A DNA stretch of 64,000 nucleotides from Octopus vulgaris (lineage: Eukaryota). Within the stretch, counting starts at the first letter, position 1, and each line of letters begins with the position of its first letter. Location: contig OX597834.1 of assembly GCA_951406725.2 (NCBI GenBank), forward strand, positions 39,246,001 through 39,310,000, written 5' to 3'. Positions 40,950-54,375 of this stretch are shown piece after piece. The notes beneath the pieces are model-generated. The model was given only the letters and a program-made list of their open reading frames with translations. It made no database searches and had not been told where the DNA came from. Both the position numbers and the translations under genes were made by a program.

Positions 40950-41578
40950 TATTACTGACCCCTGAGAAAATCGTTGTACTGGGCCCTATATTAATTATTT
41001 ATTGATAACAAGATACGACATAGATAAATCAGAATTGGACCCCTAAACCTGAGGAGACCCTGAGAAAATGAATATACAGGGCGCTTTTGTACTTATGTAT
41101 TTATTTATAGACAGCAAACCGCAGCATACAGAGATCAGAACTGGGCCTTTGATCTATGAGGTTCCTCGGTAAATCAATGCCTTAACCCGATAGTATTTAT
41201 TTATGGACAGCAAGCCACAGCCTACATAGATTCAAAATGGACCCCTAAACTTGTGAGGCCCCTGAACAGTCAATTCAGTGATCCCTTCAGTATTTGTTTA
41301 TTACCAGGAAACTACAGCATGCATAGATCCTAAATGGGCTCTCAGACCTGTGAAGCTCCCAAGCAAATCAATACACTAACCCCTATTGTATTTATCTATT
41401 GACAGAAATCCACAACATACAAACATAAGCATTTAGCTCCTAGACCTTTGAGCTCCCTGGGTAAATCAATGCACGGGCTCTATGACAACAACCACCACAT
41501 ATATAGACCAGAATTAAATCTCCAAACCTGTGAGGCCCAAGGCATCTGCCCAATGTGACCATCTTTAAGAAGGCACTG
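40950..41578. repeat. degenerate ~95-100-bp tandem array, about 6 units, probably inside an old DNA transposon
   Basis: Recurring ACCTGTGAGGCCC / AAATCAAT / GTATTTATTTAT / GACAG-AAACCACAGCATACA motifs. The right end GGCCCAAGGCATCTGCCC...AGGCACTG resembles a CAGTG-type TIR. Confidence 0.7.
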
Positions 41579-42114
41579 CCTTAATAATATATTTTCCATA
41601 TTGTATTAATAATTTAGTGCTCATTTGGAGAAAGTTTGTGTACGACCGTTTTGGCGCTGCCTATTTGGCGTCGCTGATTCGATGCTAACTTATTTCACAA
41701 TCAGTCGTCTATGCTTCTCTCATTCTCCCCGTTCCCGTCTCCCTTTGAGTTTTTCTTTCTTAATATTTCTCTCTGTCTCTCTCACTCTTTCAATCTGCAT
41801 GTATATGTTTATGGTTGAGTGCGTATGTGTGTGCGTATGTGTGCACGCAAGTGCGTGTGAACGCGAGTGCGTGTGCACACGAGTGCGTGTATGTGTCTGT
41901 GTGTGTGTGTTTCTCTTTTGTGCCAAAAAGTTATGTCACAAAAAACAGTTTGAATGTCCAGCCATCTGTCACAAATCATCCACACCCAAACGGCTGTGCC
42001 ACGTCGTCTCCTTACCAACATTCCAGTTGGAACCAAGTACACGTAGAGGATAGAATACCCATGTCGGGTGGAAAGCTGACAATCCTAGCAGTTCGTCTTT
42101 TCAGTAGAAATAGG

Positions 42115-42260
42115 GATTTCGTCCGTCTTTGTGCTCTGAGTTCAAATTCCGCCGAGGTCGACTTTGCCTTTAATCCTTTCAGTTGCGTACTGGGGTCGGG
42201 CGACTTAAACCTCCGCCCCACCTCCCGCCAATCTGCCGCCCTTGCGCCAAAATTTGGAAC
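42115..42260 (+). mobile_element. SINE family B fragment
   Basis: CTGAGTTCAAATTCCGCCGAGGTCGACTTTGCCTTT. Confidence 0.8.
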
Positions 42261-43196
42261 CTATATGCGGGGACTGTGGAAGAACAAGACGCACAAATTC
42301 TAATTCTTGGTGCCCTCACCCGGTTTTGGAAAATTCTTTAAATTTTAAATAAGAGATGAATGCTTCGATGCCATGTTCCACCGGAATCTATGAATGCGAG
42401 GGGGTACAGGGAGTTGCAGAGGGAGGATGGTGGGTATGAGGTTATGGGGGGTAATGTGGGAGAGTGGAAGAGTGGGGTAGAGTCGAGTTAAGTAGGGGGT
42501 TCCCTGTTGGTAGGTCATGGGCAGGTGTGTGTGTGTGTGTGTGTGTCTGTTTGTGTCTCTGTTAGACGATAGAAAAGCAACAGTAGGTTAACATCATCAT
42601 CATCATCGACATCATCGCCAACATCACTGTCGTCGCCAACATCACCGTCGTCGTCATCATCGTCAGCATTCTCGTCGTCGTCGTCGTTGTCATCGCTCTC
42701 ATCGCTTCCATCATTATCATCATCACCATCAACGTCGTCGCCGTCGTAGACCACCATCACAACCACCACCACAACCACCACCACCCCATCACCACCACCA
42801 CCACCACATCATCATCATCACCATCGTCATCGTCGTCATCACCATCATTATCATCATTATCAGCTGAAAGCCGTCGTCTGTCCCGCTGACATTATTAACA
42901 GCCCTAATCGCCTCGCTTAATGGTAGTCATGAAAAAAGAAGATATGCATTAATGAACAGTGTCACCAGGTGGCGGCAGGTAGCACAGATAGCATATTAAT
43001 AAGACAAGACACAAACACAAACACAGACACAAACAAAACATTATATATATACATATATATAATAGTAAGCTGTGACGTATACATGACCCTGGCCTTCTCT
43101 CTTTCTCTCTATTATTAACTCTTTCATAATATATGTATCTACTAATGACTTATGCTCAAACGAGAACACACACACACACACACACACACATACACA

Positions 43197-43235
<39 letters not shown>

Positions 43236-43288
43236 GTCCACGCTCACAAATATGTACGAGTAGACACTGAGACATTTGCAAGTATGCT

Positions 43289-43349
<61 letters not shown>

Positions 43350-43362
43350 ATATATATATACA

Positions 43363-43424
<62 letters not shown>

Positions 43425-44125
43425 TGTACGTAGACATATTTAACAAACAAACTGAGAAACAGAGAGGCCCAATTATCGTGGAATAGTACCAGAACATCAA
43501 AGAACTTCAAAGATTGCTGCTAATTATGTAATACACATAAACACACACACACACACACGTATATGTGTATATATATACATATATATATATATAGCTGAAT
43601 AGATAGAGACATACATAGATACATGTATATAAATGTACACACACATACACACATATATATATATGTATGCATATATATATGTATATATATGCATATATAT
43701 AAATATATACATGCATATATATAAATATATATATGATGCATATATATATATACATATATATATGTATGTATGCATATATATATATATATGTATGCATGTA
43801 TATATATATATATATGTATATATACATGTGTATGTGTGTGAGTGTGTTTGTGTATATGTATGTATATTCGTGTGTGCGCACGTGTGCATACACACACACG
43901 CACACACATACACACATACAGACACACATATCTGTGCACGAATAGTATGAACCGATATACATCCACACACGTACCAGTGTGCCTGTATGTGTGTATTAAT
44001 TTCCCAATTTAACAATGTCTTTGCCTTCCATATTGCTAAGTTCTCTTCTGCGAGCAAGCATTAATGTGTGTGTGTGTGTGTATGCAAGTGTATGCATATG
44101 CGCATGTGTGCACGTATAGCTGTAT

Positions 44126-44161
<36 letters not shown>

Positions 44162-44163
<2 letters not shown>

Positions 44164-44316
44164 CAATTGCAGCGTGGAAGGTGTTTATAAGCCATTTAAG
44201 AAACACACAAAACCGTTAGATTCACTTCATCATTTAAATTTAATTTGTCAAAATATTATCGTCGCTTTGAGACCGCGACCTGTTCACTGACAAAACTTCG
44301 TGCAGCACGAAGTTTT
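44162..44316 (-). mobile_element. Penelope-pLTR-like fragment with divergent hammerhead-like fold
   Basis: The minus strand reads TTTGTCA-GTGAACA-GGTCGC..GCGAC-GATA-ATATTT-TGACAAA. A terminal hairpin reads AAAACTTCGTGC-A-GCACGAAGTTTT. Confidence 0.45.
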
Positions 44317-44414
44317 CGTTCCAGCACACACGATCTCCGATCAAGTCACTCCCTATGCAAGTACATCTCCGTAAATATATACATACATATATATAAATAT
44401 ATATATATATATTT

Positions 44415-44773
44415 ATTTACTTGTTTTTGTCATTTGACTGTGGCCATGCTGGAGCAACGCCTTTAGACGAAGAAATCGACCCCAGGACTTATTCTTTGTA
44501 AGCCTAGTACTTATTCTATCGGTTTCTTTTTGTCGAACAGCTAGGTTACGGGGACGTAAACACACCAACATCGGTTGTCAAGCGATGTTGGGGGGGGGGG
44601 GACAAACAGAACACACAAACATACACACACACACGTCTTACAAATCCACTCACAAGGCTTTGGTCGGCCCGAGGCTATAGTAGAAGACATTTGCCCAAGG
44701 TGCCACGCAGTAGGACTGAACCCGGAACCACGTGGTTCGTAAGCAAGCTACTTACCACACAGCCACTCCTACG

Positions 44774-44777
<4 letters not shown>
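44415..44777 (-). mobile_element. SINE family A
   Basis: Near-complete reverse complement of the 29450 copy. Confidence 0.9.
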
Positions 44778-44822
<45 letters not shown>

Positions 44823-44931
44823 ACGAGGGTAATTTCAAAAGTAAGGTCTTGAAAGCGCTAAGGAAACTGTGCGTCGGATACTTTTTTAGAATATATAGAT
44901 ATACATAAGTACATACATACATGCATATATA

Positions 44932-45055
44932 GGTTAGATAAAATGAGACGACAAAGCCAAGGCAGTGTGAAATTTCTAGGACATTTTGTGAAGATGAAGG
45001 TAGTTTTACAGCTGTTTCAGGGATATAAAAGATATTCCATAATCACAGACGGTTT
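44932..45055 (-). mobile_element. Penelope-pLTR-like fragment with degenerate minimal hammerhead
   Basis: The minus strand reads GTCT-GTGATTA-TGGAATAT..ATATCCCT-GAAAC-AGCT-GTA. Its downstream part (44932-44994) recurs at 55939-55992. Confidence 0.55.
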
Positions 45056-45060
45056 ATATA

Positions 45061-45130
<70 letters not shown>

Positions 45131-45164
45131 AAGAGAGAGACATTTATATATATATATATATAGA

Positions 45165-45330
45165 TAGATCGCTAGCCACTAAACGTCTTGTATTTTCTCT
45201 CCTTGTTTAATTCTGTGTTCCTTTATGTCAAAGAACGTAGGCTCGAAACGTAAAAGACTCTCACTTCCCGAGCGTTAAACTAATACATCTGTTTCTTGTT
45301 TATACATCCGTCTTCGTCTTTTGTTTTTAT
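45165..45330 (+). mobile_element. family H1 repeat, decayed hammerhead motif
   Basis: CTTTATGTCAAAGAACGTAGGCTCGAAACGTAAAAG at 45221-45256. Confidence 0.7.
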
Positions 45331-45428
45331 ATATATATATATACCCGAGGAAGCACATAAATGTGAAACAGGGTGGGTTAGAATAGTACTCGAATACCGA
45401 AGGTAGAGTTATATGCTTTATTATTAAA

Positions 45429-45498
<70 letters not shown>

Positions 45499-45677
45499 CA
45501 GTGTACACTGTTTTTTTACCAAAATGGAAAACTATAATCGTCACTAAATATGACTAAGGTGTTAAGACACCTACATTGCTAGAAATAAGAGCTAAAATGC
45601 TCTAATGCTCTAGTTAAAGCACATAATTGTATACATATGTACTGACAAGGACTAATCGCTCGAAAGCATCGATCGAA

Positions 45678-45783
<106 letters not shown>

Positions 45784-46742
45784 TGATAGACAGATAAATA
45801 GACAGATAGACTGATCGATAGATAGATAGTAGAATATATACTCATAAATATATATACATACATATATACATATATGCATATATACACTTATACACATATG
45901 TATAGGTGTTTTAGAGTGTATATATATGTATATAAGTGTTTGTCTGTATGCTCAGCCATCATCATATCGATAATGATACCAAATAATTGTTCCCAACGGA
46001 GATATTAATCTGGTGTGATATTGAACTGAGGTTAAGTATTATGAGCTCTAGCCCCATCCAGTGATTAGCGTTGATGCACTTGCCCGTCTCCATATATTAT
46101 GTACATACATATAAGTATATATATATGTGTGTATGTCTGTGAGTATATAGATGTACATACATACATACATACATACATACATACATACACACGTACACAT
46201 ATTTATGCATATTGATAAGGATGGACGAGAATATGAAAATAGATGTGTCTGCGCCTTTGTATGTGTATGTACATGTATACATATATATACGTAGTTCCAT
46301 ACACACGCATATATATATATATGCATGTAGGTCAGTGTGTTTATATGTGTATACATACATATGTATGTACGTATGTGTGCATGTATATATTTATGTATAC
46401 GGAGTGTATGTGTCTGCGTCTGTGTGTGTGTATGTATGTGTATCTATGTATGTGTGTGTGTGAGGATGTATTCTATATAGACCATTTTACTTCATTTCAG
46501 CGAGATGTTTAATCATGCGTATATTTTATACATGGATGCATACGTGATGCATTATGTCTGTTTTTGAAAGAGACTCCAAGACTCATGGCTCCTACTAATA
46601 TTCCTGTTCAGCTTGACCGAGGCCCCAGTAACCCTAGGGCCGACCCTTCCAGTACCTCCTATGTTTCTATGTCTCAATGTCCCGTTTATATATAAATATG
46701 TATGTATATGTATATGTATGTGTATGTATATATATATATACA

Positions 46743-46974
46743 CACGAGTGGGTGCTGAAAAGATTTGGGCTTTAAGGTATGGCAAAATGCCTGATTTGAG
46801 GCCCAACCTTTCGGGATCTTTTACGGTTTACGGGGCTTACAAAAACTGAAGGACCGCTGTAGTATGTGTGTGAATATAATATGAAAGGGGAAGATGTTTA
46901 ATTAAAATCATATTAACCGATCCTCCTGTATTTTCATTTACCCAAAGCCAGGAACTTTTCAGTACTCTGTCGTG
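46743..46974 (+). mobile_element. mariner-derived MITE
   Basis: Imperfect TIRs CACGAGTGGGTGCTGAAAAGATTTGGGCTTT and AAAGCCAGGAACTTTTCAGTACTCTGTCGTG. An internal remnant resembles the transposase C-terminus (DRCSMCVN..KGEDV*). Confidence 0.7.
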
Positions 46975-46982
46975 TGCATATA

Positions 46983-47011
<29 letters not shown>

Positions 47012-47013
<2 letters not shown>

Positions 47014-47268
47014 TAAAATAGGATAAAATCTTTATAAGAATTTATCAAGAAGTCAGCGTGAAAAAACCTCAGAAGGGGAAAAATTATAATTTTTCCGATT
47101 AAATATATCTATTTATATGAAGGGCATTTCTACACAGAAATGTCTCACGCTATAAGGGACTCTTAAAGTCAAAACAACCGATATAAATACGGTAGTGCTG
47201 ACTTTAAGAGTCCTTCATAATATGAGGCATTTATGTGTAGTAATGTCCTTCATATAAATAAATATATA
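47012..47268. mobile_element. family P3 repeat with inverted tail
   Basis: Homologous to 8325-8510. About 47104-47180 pairs with 47189-47268 around the spacer ATATAAAT. Confidence 0.65.
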
Positions 47269-47663
47269 TATATACACACACATATGAGCTTGGAGGGATA
47301 TATTATCCGGGCGGATACCGTATTAGCTCTCAGTGGATTTCCAGTTGACGGTTAACCACAACGATCAGTATCCAACATCTGTGTCTACAATTAGTGGTTA
47401 ATCACTCCGTGAATCACTCCCATGGCTAGTTCTGTGTGCACGACACCAATCTCTAACAGAACACTAACTAAGAAAAACTTACTTCAGTCATTTCACTTCG
47501 AGAACGACCAAATGAACAGACCCTCAAGATGCTGCACCGAAAATATTACAAGGTTGAATTTGCAACATTAAGTAGTCGCTGTAACGGAAACACGTGTAGG
47601 TCATTACAATATGTTGTATATAACTACCAAATAAATTTTGTGGATGCACATGTCTCCATACTC

Positions 47664-48133
47664 ATTATTATTGAGTGAGAGAGCAGTGCATGCCATCAAG
47701 GTGACACTGGGATAAAATATACGAAGCCTAGTATACACAGCATGACTACCCGTCTGATAAGAGTACACCAGGCACATGCATCACAACCATATGTGCACGA
47801 CACGGTGATCTCATATCAAAATAAACAGCGCATGACCTTGCAGGTGGGACCCAGTTAGAATTTTCTTCAGGTCGAGTAGCCCATCCCACTCAAAAGGTCC
47901 CCGAATAACGGTTGTTTTAAGGACGATGAACGAAACATCCGTGTTTCCACACGTGAATTATCCAAACCCCAAAGAATTCTTCTCAACACATGGCTACGCT
48001 GCTCCATAACTATTTCTGTTCGTGATCAGAGATGCACAAATCATCAGCCACCAAGGGAAATACTCAACTGGTTAATGTCAAACAACTGATATGCAAATCT
48101 GTGGTATTGAGCAGAATATTTGCTGTAGCCCAT
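47664..48133 (-). mobile_element. family D repeat, 5'-truncated
   Basis: Reverse complement of 28468-28930. Confidence 0.85.
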
Positions 48134-48204
48134 ATATTCGAACTCACTCATATATATATGTATGTATGTGCGTGTTATATATATATATAGATATATATAT
48201 ATGA

Positions 48205-48365
48205 TGGACTTCTTTCAGTTTCCGTCTACCAAATCCACTCACAAGGCATTGGTCGGCCCGAGACTATAGTAGAAGACACATGCCCAAGGTGCCAATCAGT
48301 GAGACTGAACCCGAAACCATGTGGTTGGTAAGCAAGTTACTTACCAAACATCCACTCCTGCGCCT

Positions 48366-48366
<1 letters not shown>
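48205..48366 (-). mobile_element. SINE family A, 5' half
   Basis: TTCAGTTTCCGTCTACCAAATCCACTCACAAGG...CCACTCCTGCGCCTA. Confidence 0.85.
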
Positions 48367-48422
<56 letters not shown>

Positions 48423-48571
48423 CATACATAAATGCATACATACATACATATATACTCACATTCACGCACACACACATACTCACACACACACATATATATA
48501 TTTATATAGATATATATATATATATATATACAGAAAGAGAGGAACAGACAAACAGACAAAGACAGACAGAC

Positions 48572-48639
<68 letters not shown>

Positions 48640-49468
48640 TGATAGAAAAATTGATAGATGGACATGTATGTATGTATACAGACGCATAATACATACATAC
48701 ATATATACATACAGGCATACTTAGATTCATGCATACATACGTGCGTACATACATAAATATTTATATACTGGCGTAGGAGAATAACTATGATTATTCTCCT
48801 TTGCTGACATTGGAGTCTAATCGTGAACAACTGCTTTGAAAATCGCTAACGTCGCTACCTTGATTATAAATTCACAGTTAGAACAACAATGATTATTGGA
48901 GCACCAGGTTATGTTAGTTAATATTTATGTAACAATCTGGAAAAGCTTGGCTTTCGGACAAAGAAAATGATGAGCCAACACTTGTTTTACAAATGGAGTC
49001 CGTTGGTGTTAGAGTAAAAGCGGAGATGATTTGTAAAACACGTCAGGTGACTTGAACGCGTAGAACTTATCGATGTGGCGATCGAGACTTCATCAATGAA
49101 GGATGTAGTTTCTTTGTGAGAATGCAGGACTTTCTCTTTACGTCGAATTGAAATAATTTGAATAGAAATGGGGATGAGAAGCACCCTTAAAGATGTGAAT
49201 TCATATGTTTTATCTTTTGTAAAGCCTTTTGCCGAATCACTAAGTTTTAAATATATTTATGTATGTACGCACGCATGTATGTATGTGTGTATGTATGTAT
49301 GTACGTACACACGTATGTATGTATACATACATGCCCATTTATCTGCCAATTTTTTTAGCTATTTATCTATCTATCTATCTATCTGTCTGTCTGTCTTTGT
49401 CTGTATTGATAATGCAGTGGGACTGAACCCGGAACTATGTGGTTCATAAGTAAGCTACTTACCACACA

Positions 49469-49524
<56 letters not shown>

Positions 49525-49896
49525 ATCATTATAAGATTTTATCGTGTATATATTGACAATAGAAAATAGTCTAATAGTGAGTCATATAAACCCACGACAG
49601 AAAAAAATGGGTATTAGTCCGAGTGAGAATCGAACCCACGCCTCTTATTTTCGGCGTACATATATATAATTAAATAAAGGCATAGACAAGCAGAATACCA
49701 TATCAGGTCAGACTATGATATTTATTCTGCTAAACCTGTATCAGCTCCATTGAAACCGCTTGGACTCAATGTTCATTATGCAGCTATGACATTTCCGCAA
49801 CGTTAGTTACCGTTCAAGTTGGAGTCTAAACAGGAAGTCATTCTCATCACTCATTGTCTAAACCCATTTACATGGCGCCATCAGACATAATATTAG

Positions 49897-49954
<58 letters not shown>

Positions 49955-50176
49955 ATGTATATTTGCAATTTCAGCTATGTGACCACACGCGTGGTTTTTG
50001 CTGGACTATTTTTTCCTCCTCCGGAACTTTCCTTTCTCTCTTCTTCTGAGGAAGAACCATGCACGAAACATTAAAAGCCTACCAGCTTTTCTGAGTGTCA
50101 AGTTAATACATTCCATGTTTACGTCCGTTTTGACTTTTGTTGTTTTGTTATTTGGTATTTTTAATGTTCGACTTGA

Positions 50177-50333
<157 letters not shown>

Positions 50334-50818
50334 TGTGTGTGTGTATGTGTGTGTGTATGTATGTATGTATTCTTATACTTGTTTCAGTCATTAGACTGCG
50401 GCCATGCCGGAGAACCACCTTCAAGAATTTCAGTCGAATTTTTTGACCCCAGTAATTATTATGTTTTATCGTTTGTAAAGCCTTTTGCCGAACCGCCAAG
50501 TTTCGGGGATGTAAACACACCAACACCGGCGTCGACCTAAACGTCTCATCCCCCACCTCTCCCAAGCTGCCCTTGTGACAAAAAAATTTGAAATAATAAT
50601 AATTATTAATATCATTTGCTTTTAATTTGCATGTTTGTTACAATCACTCACCGAGACACACCCAACGTCCTAAGGCGAGTGAAGGATAAAAAATGCTACA
50701 GTATGAATGAAAGCTTGGGGAGGGGAAGTGGCAGGGGCAGGAGTGAAATATCTTCATGTAATACATCACAGACATTCAAATTGAAAGTTAATATTAATTT
50801 TAAATTTATAATAATAAT

Positions 50819-50961
50819 CATTATTATTTATTGTCTATGCACACAGCTTCTAACACTGGAGATGTACCACGGGCTAGCTGTCCACTACCGGTGAACTAAG
50901 GTAGCACTCCTTATTTTTCGAGAACCACCCGGAGTATTCGAGCGGTTCCAGGCAGTGCTGA
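50819..50961 (-). mobile_element. extreme 3' end of an R4/Dong-like RLE LINE inserted in (TAA)n
   Basis: The minus strand at 50961-50911 encodes SALPGTARILRVVLEK*, matching the GTA(R/H)ILR C-terminal motif also seen at 27930. About 80 nt of UTR follow, then AATAAATAATAA. Confidence 0.75.
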
Positions 50962-50964
50962 TTG

Positions 50965-51032
<68 letters not shown>

Positions 51033-51109
51033 GTTGTTGTTGTTGTTGTTATTGTTATTATTATTATCATTATTATTATTATTATCATCATCATCATCAT
51101 CATCATCAT

Positions 51110-51186
<77 letters not shown>

Positions 51187-51523
51187 ATTATCATCAAGGT
51201 ACTAGTAGAAGAATTTTCGACGCGCCGGAGAAAAAATCTTGCTTTATTTTATTACATTCATTTGAATCGTGAGTTCAAATCCTCTTGTAGTCCACTTTGC
51301 CACTTGTCCATCCGGGGGTCAATGTAATAACGCACCCAGTCAAGTGTTGGCTGGGAGGGAACGGGGTGGGGTAGGGTGGGGTGGCGCTTTCATTTCATCG
51401 CATATCGCCCTCTTTCCCCCTCCCCCACCAAACAATATTCCCGGTCACGTGCCTACATCAGATATTAATATTGCCAGTGGCAGCATTGCTGTCGTCGTCG
51501 CCGTCACCATGATCATCATCATC

Positions 51524-51556
<33 letters not shown>

Positions 51557-51961
51557 ATTTTAAACTGCTTCGTCGTTGTTGCCTTCAGCAGTAGCAAACA
51601 CCACTACCACCACCATCACCACCACCACCACCACTACCACCCACCACCATCACCATCACCATCACCACCACCACCACCACTACCAAAACCACCACCACCA
51701 CCACCACCACCACCACCACCACCACCACTACCAAAACCACCACCATCACCACCACCATCACCACCACCACCACCACTACCAAAACCACCACCACCACCAC
51801 CACCACCACCACCACCACCACCACCACCACCACCACCACCACCATCACACCTACTTTAACTGCAATCCTTATCACTACCATCGTCATCATCATCATAGTC
51901 TTCATTAATCATTACAAGCATCAGTACCATCATCTTCCCCTTCTTCTTCCGCCTCCTTTTT

Positions 51962-51993
<32 letters not shown>

Positions 51994-52336
51994 TGTCATC
52001 AGCATTACTGTCATCATCTTCATCGACATCATTGTCATCATCATCATCATTAACCTGAAGGCATCCCCTCTCTCTGGCAGACCCAAAACGAATGTCAATC
52101 CATCTGTGACCATACCTTCTCATATTTCCCCCCCCCCCCCCCTACACCGCCAGTACCAGTAATAACCTGCGGTCGATTCAATCGAATTTACTCTCGTCTC
52201 TTTACAAATTTACCCGCCATTTTGTGAGACAAACATTAAAAAGAAGAAAAAAAACAATTTATTACTATTAACTATATTATTATCATTATTGTCAATATCA
52301 TCATTATTATTACTATTATCATTATTATTATTATTA

Positions 52337-52371
<35 letters not shown>

Positions 52372-52557
52372 GCTTTTATCATTTTTGTTGCTATTGTTGC
52401 TGAAGTCATTGTTACAATTACTGTTCTTGTTGTTGCCGCCTCCGCCGCCGAGTCGCCGCCATCATCGTCGTTATTATTTTTATTATTATTATTATTGTTG
52501 TCGTTGATGTTGTTACTATTTTTGTTGTTGTTGTTGTTGTAGCTCTGGTTATTGTTT

Positions 52558-52595
<38 letters not shown>

Positions 52596-52851
52596 GCTGC
52601 TGTTCTCGTTGTAGTTATTGTTATCCAATAGGTGACTGTTATAGTTAATAATGTGAGAATAATTGCAGATAAGATGGCGTCGGTGGAAAGCGAATAAAAC
52701 TCTGTCACGCCACGTTTTAAACTATTCTCTGGTGAACAACAGAGGAGAAGAGGGCGGACAGTGGAGAGTGGGGGGGGGGGGGAGATCGGTTTTATTGAAA
52801 TATTGTGAGATTTCGGTTAACACAGCTATCAGCTTTTCTACTTTATTTCAT

Positions 52852-52918
<67 letters not shown>

Positions 52919-53049
52919 AATATACATGTTTCTACACGCATACAGACAAACACATATACACATCTTCTGCATGTTCTTTTGCTTGTTTTTTTATATATTT
53001 TCTTTTTTTTTTTTTTGGCTAGATCTTTTTATATTCTTTTTATTAAATA

Positions 53050-53625
53050 TGCTACAGAGCGGTAGCTTGACAGTGGAGGGGCAGTAGAGGGACTTTAAGA
53101 ACAGGCGATAAACTGGCAGTAGAACTGACAGTAGAAATGCAGTAGAGATGTAGGAGAGAGACATCAGACCAGGTAATAGAGTGCCAGCTGGAAGACAGTA
53201 GAGAAACACACAGTAGAGAAACAGTAGGAAACACACTAGAGATGCAGGCTGAAAAGGGAGAGAGAGGGGGGAGAGAGGGAGACAGACAGACAGAGAAAGA
53301 AAAGGAGAGACAGACAGACAAAGAGAAAGAGTAGAGCAGGTAATGGAGTGGCAGTAGGAAAACAGTGCGAAGGCAGTAGAGAAACAGTGGGAAGAACAGC
53401 AAAGACACAGCTTCAGGCGGATGAGAGACCATAGGGTGCGACAGACCAGGTAATAGTTGGCAGTAGAAATTCAGTAGGAATGCAGTAGGGAAACAGTAGA
53501 AAGTGCAATAGAGAGACAGTCCAGGAAATAGGGTTATGGTAGGGAAGGAGAGAGACAGAGAGACAGAAAGGAAAGAGAGAAAAGGAAGAGAGAGAGAGAT
53601 TGAGAGTAAGAAGGCAATAGAAAAG
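53050..53625. repeat. purine-rich degenerate CAGTAG(A/G) repeat region
   Basis: More than 10 CAGTAG motifs. CAGACCAGGTAATAG occurs twice (about 53165 and 53442). Confidence 0.7.
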
Positions 53626-54233
53626 GTAACGGTCCTGTCGAAATCCAATCATCTCAGTTTCCATCTTAAACCCTCATCGGTCACAGAACTACCAGTCATA
53701 CACGGCGGTCGATTTGATGCAAATTTTATGAAGCATAATGAAGAAATGATATTTGTTCCATAATGGTTCAATAAATATTAGTTTAGTTTAAATAGAGTTA
53801 AATATAGTTTAAATTAGTTTGCACAAAACCTAATTAAATCTGGTTTAAATTACAGCAATTATTGCTAAATACAGCGGAAATAGATTCCGATCATGATTCT
53901 ATATATATATACATTCATCCATCCATCGATATATACATACGTGCAACCATATATATATCAATCAATCTATCTATTTATCTATCTCCCCCCTCTTTCTCTC
54001 TCTCTCTCTCTCTCCCTCTCAAAATATATACATATATGTATATATATATATATATATAAACATACACACAGAGGTATACATATATATATATATCAATTTA
54101 TTTAACTATCTGTCTACCTATCTATCAATCTATTTATCAATCTATCTATCTATCTATCTATCTACCTACCTACCTATCTATCTACTATATCTATCTATCT
54201 ATCTCTCTATCTATATATATATATATATATATG

Positions 54234-54291
<58 letters not shown>

Positions 54292-54337
54292 CATATATAT
54301 ATAATATATATATATACATATAGATATAGGTAGATAG

Positions 54338-54375
<38 letters not shown>

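Noticed and set aside
40950-41578. CRISPR-like array
   Set aside because: The context is eukaryotic, whole units are homologous and degenerate, there are no unique spacers and no cas genes.
44822-44890. Mariner TIR-like TACGAGGGTAATTTCAAAAGTAAGG
   Set aside because: It is an isolated short remnant without a clear partner end, too little to annotate.
49612-49650. tRNA gene on the minus strand (GTGGGTTCGATTCTCACTCGGACTA)
   Set aside because: Only a T-arm/B-box fragment with no cloverleaf, probably SINE or tRNA debris. The same applies to all SINE heads.
51269-51859. Extensin/formin-like proline-rich ORF (PPPPLPKPPP)
   Set aside because: It is an (ACC)n tract with a thrice-copied interruption. 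The upstream part is SINE debris, and all frames are low complexity.
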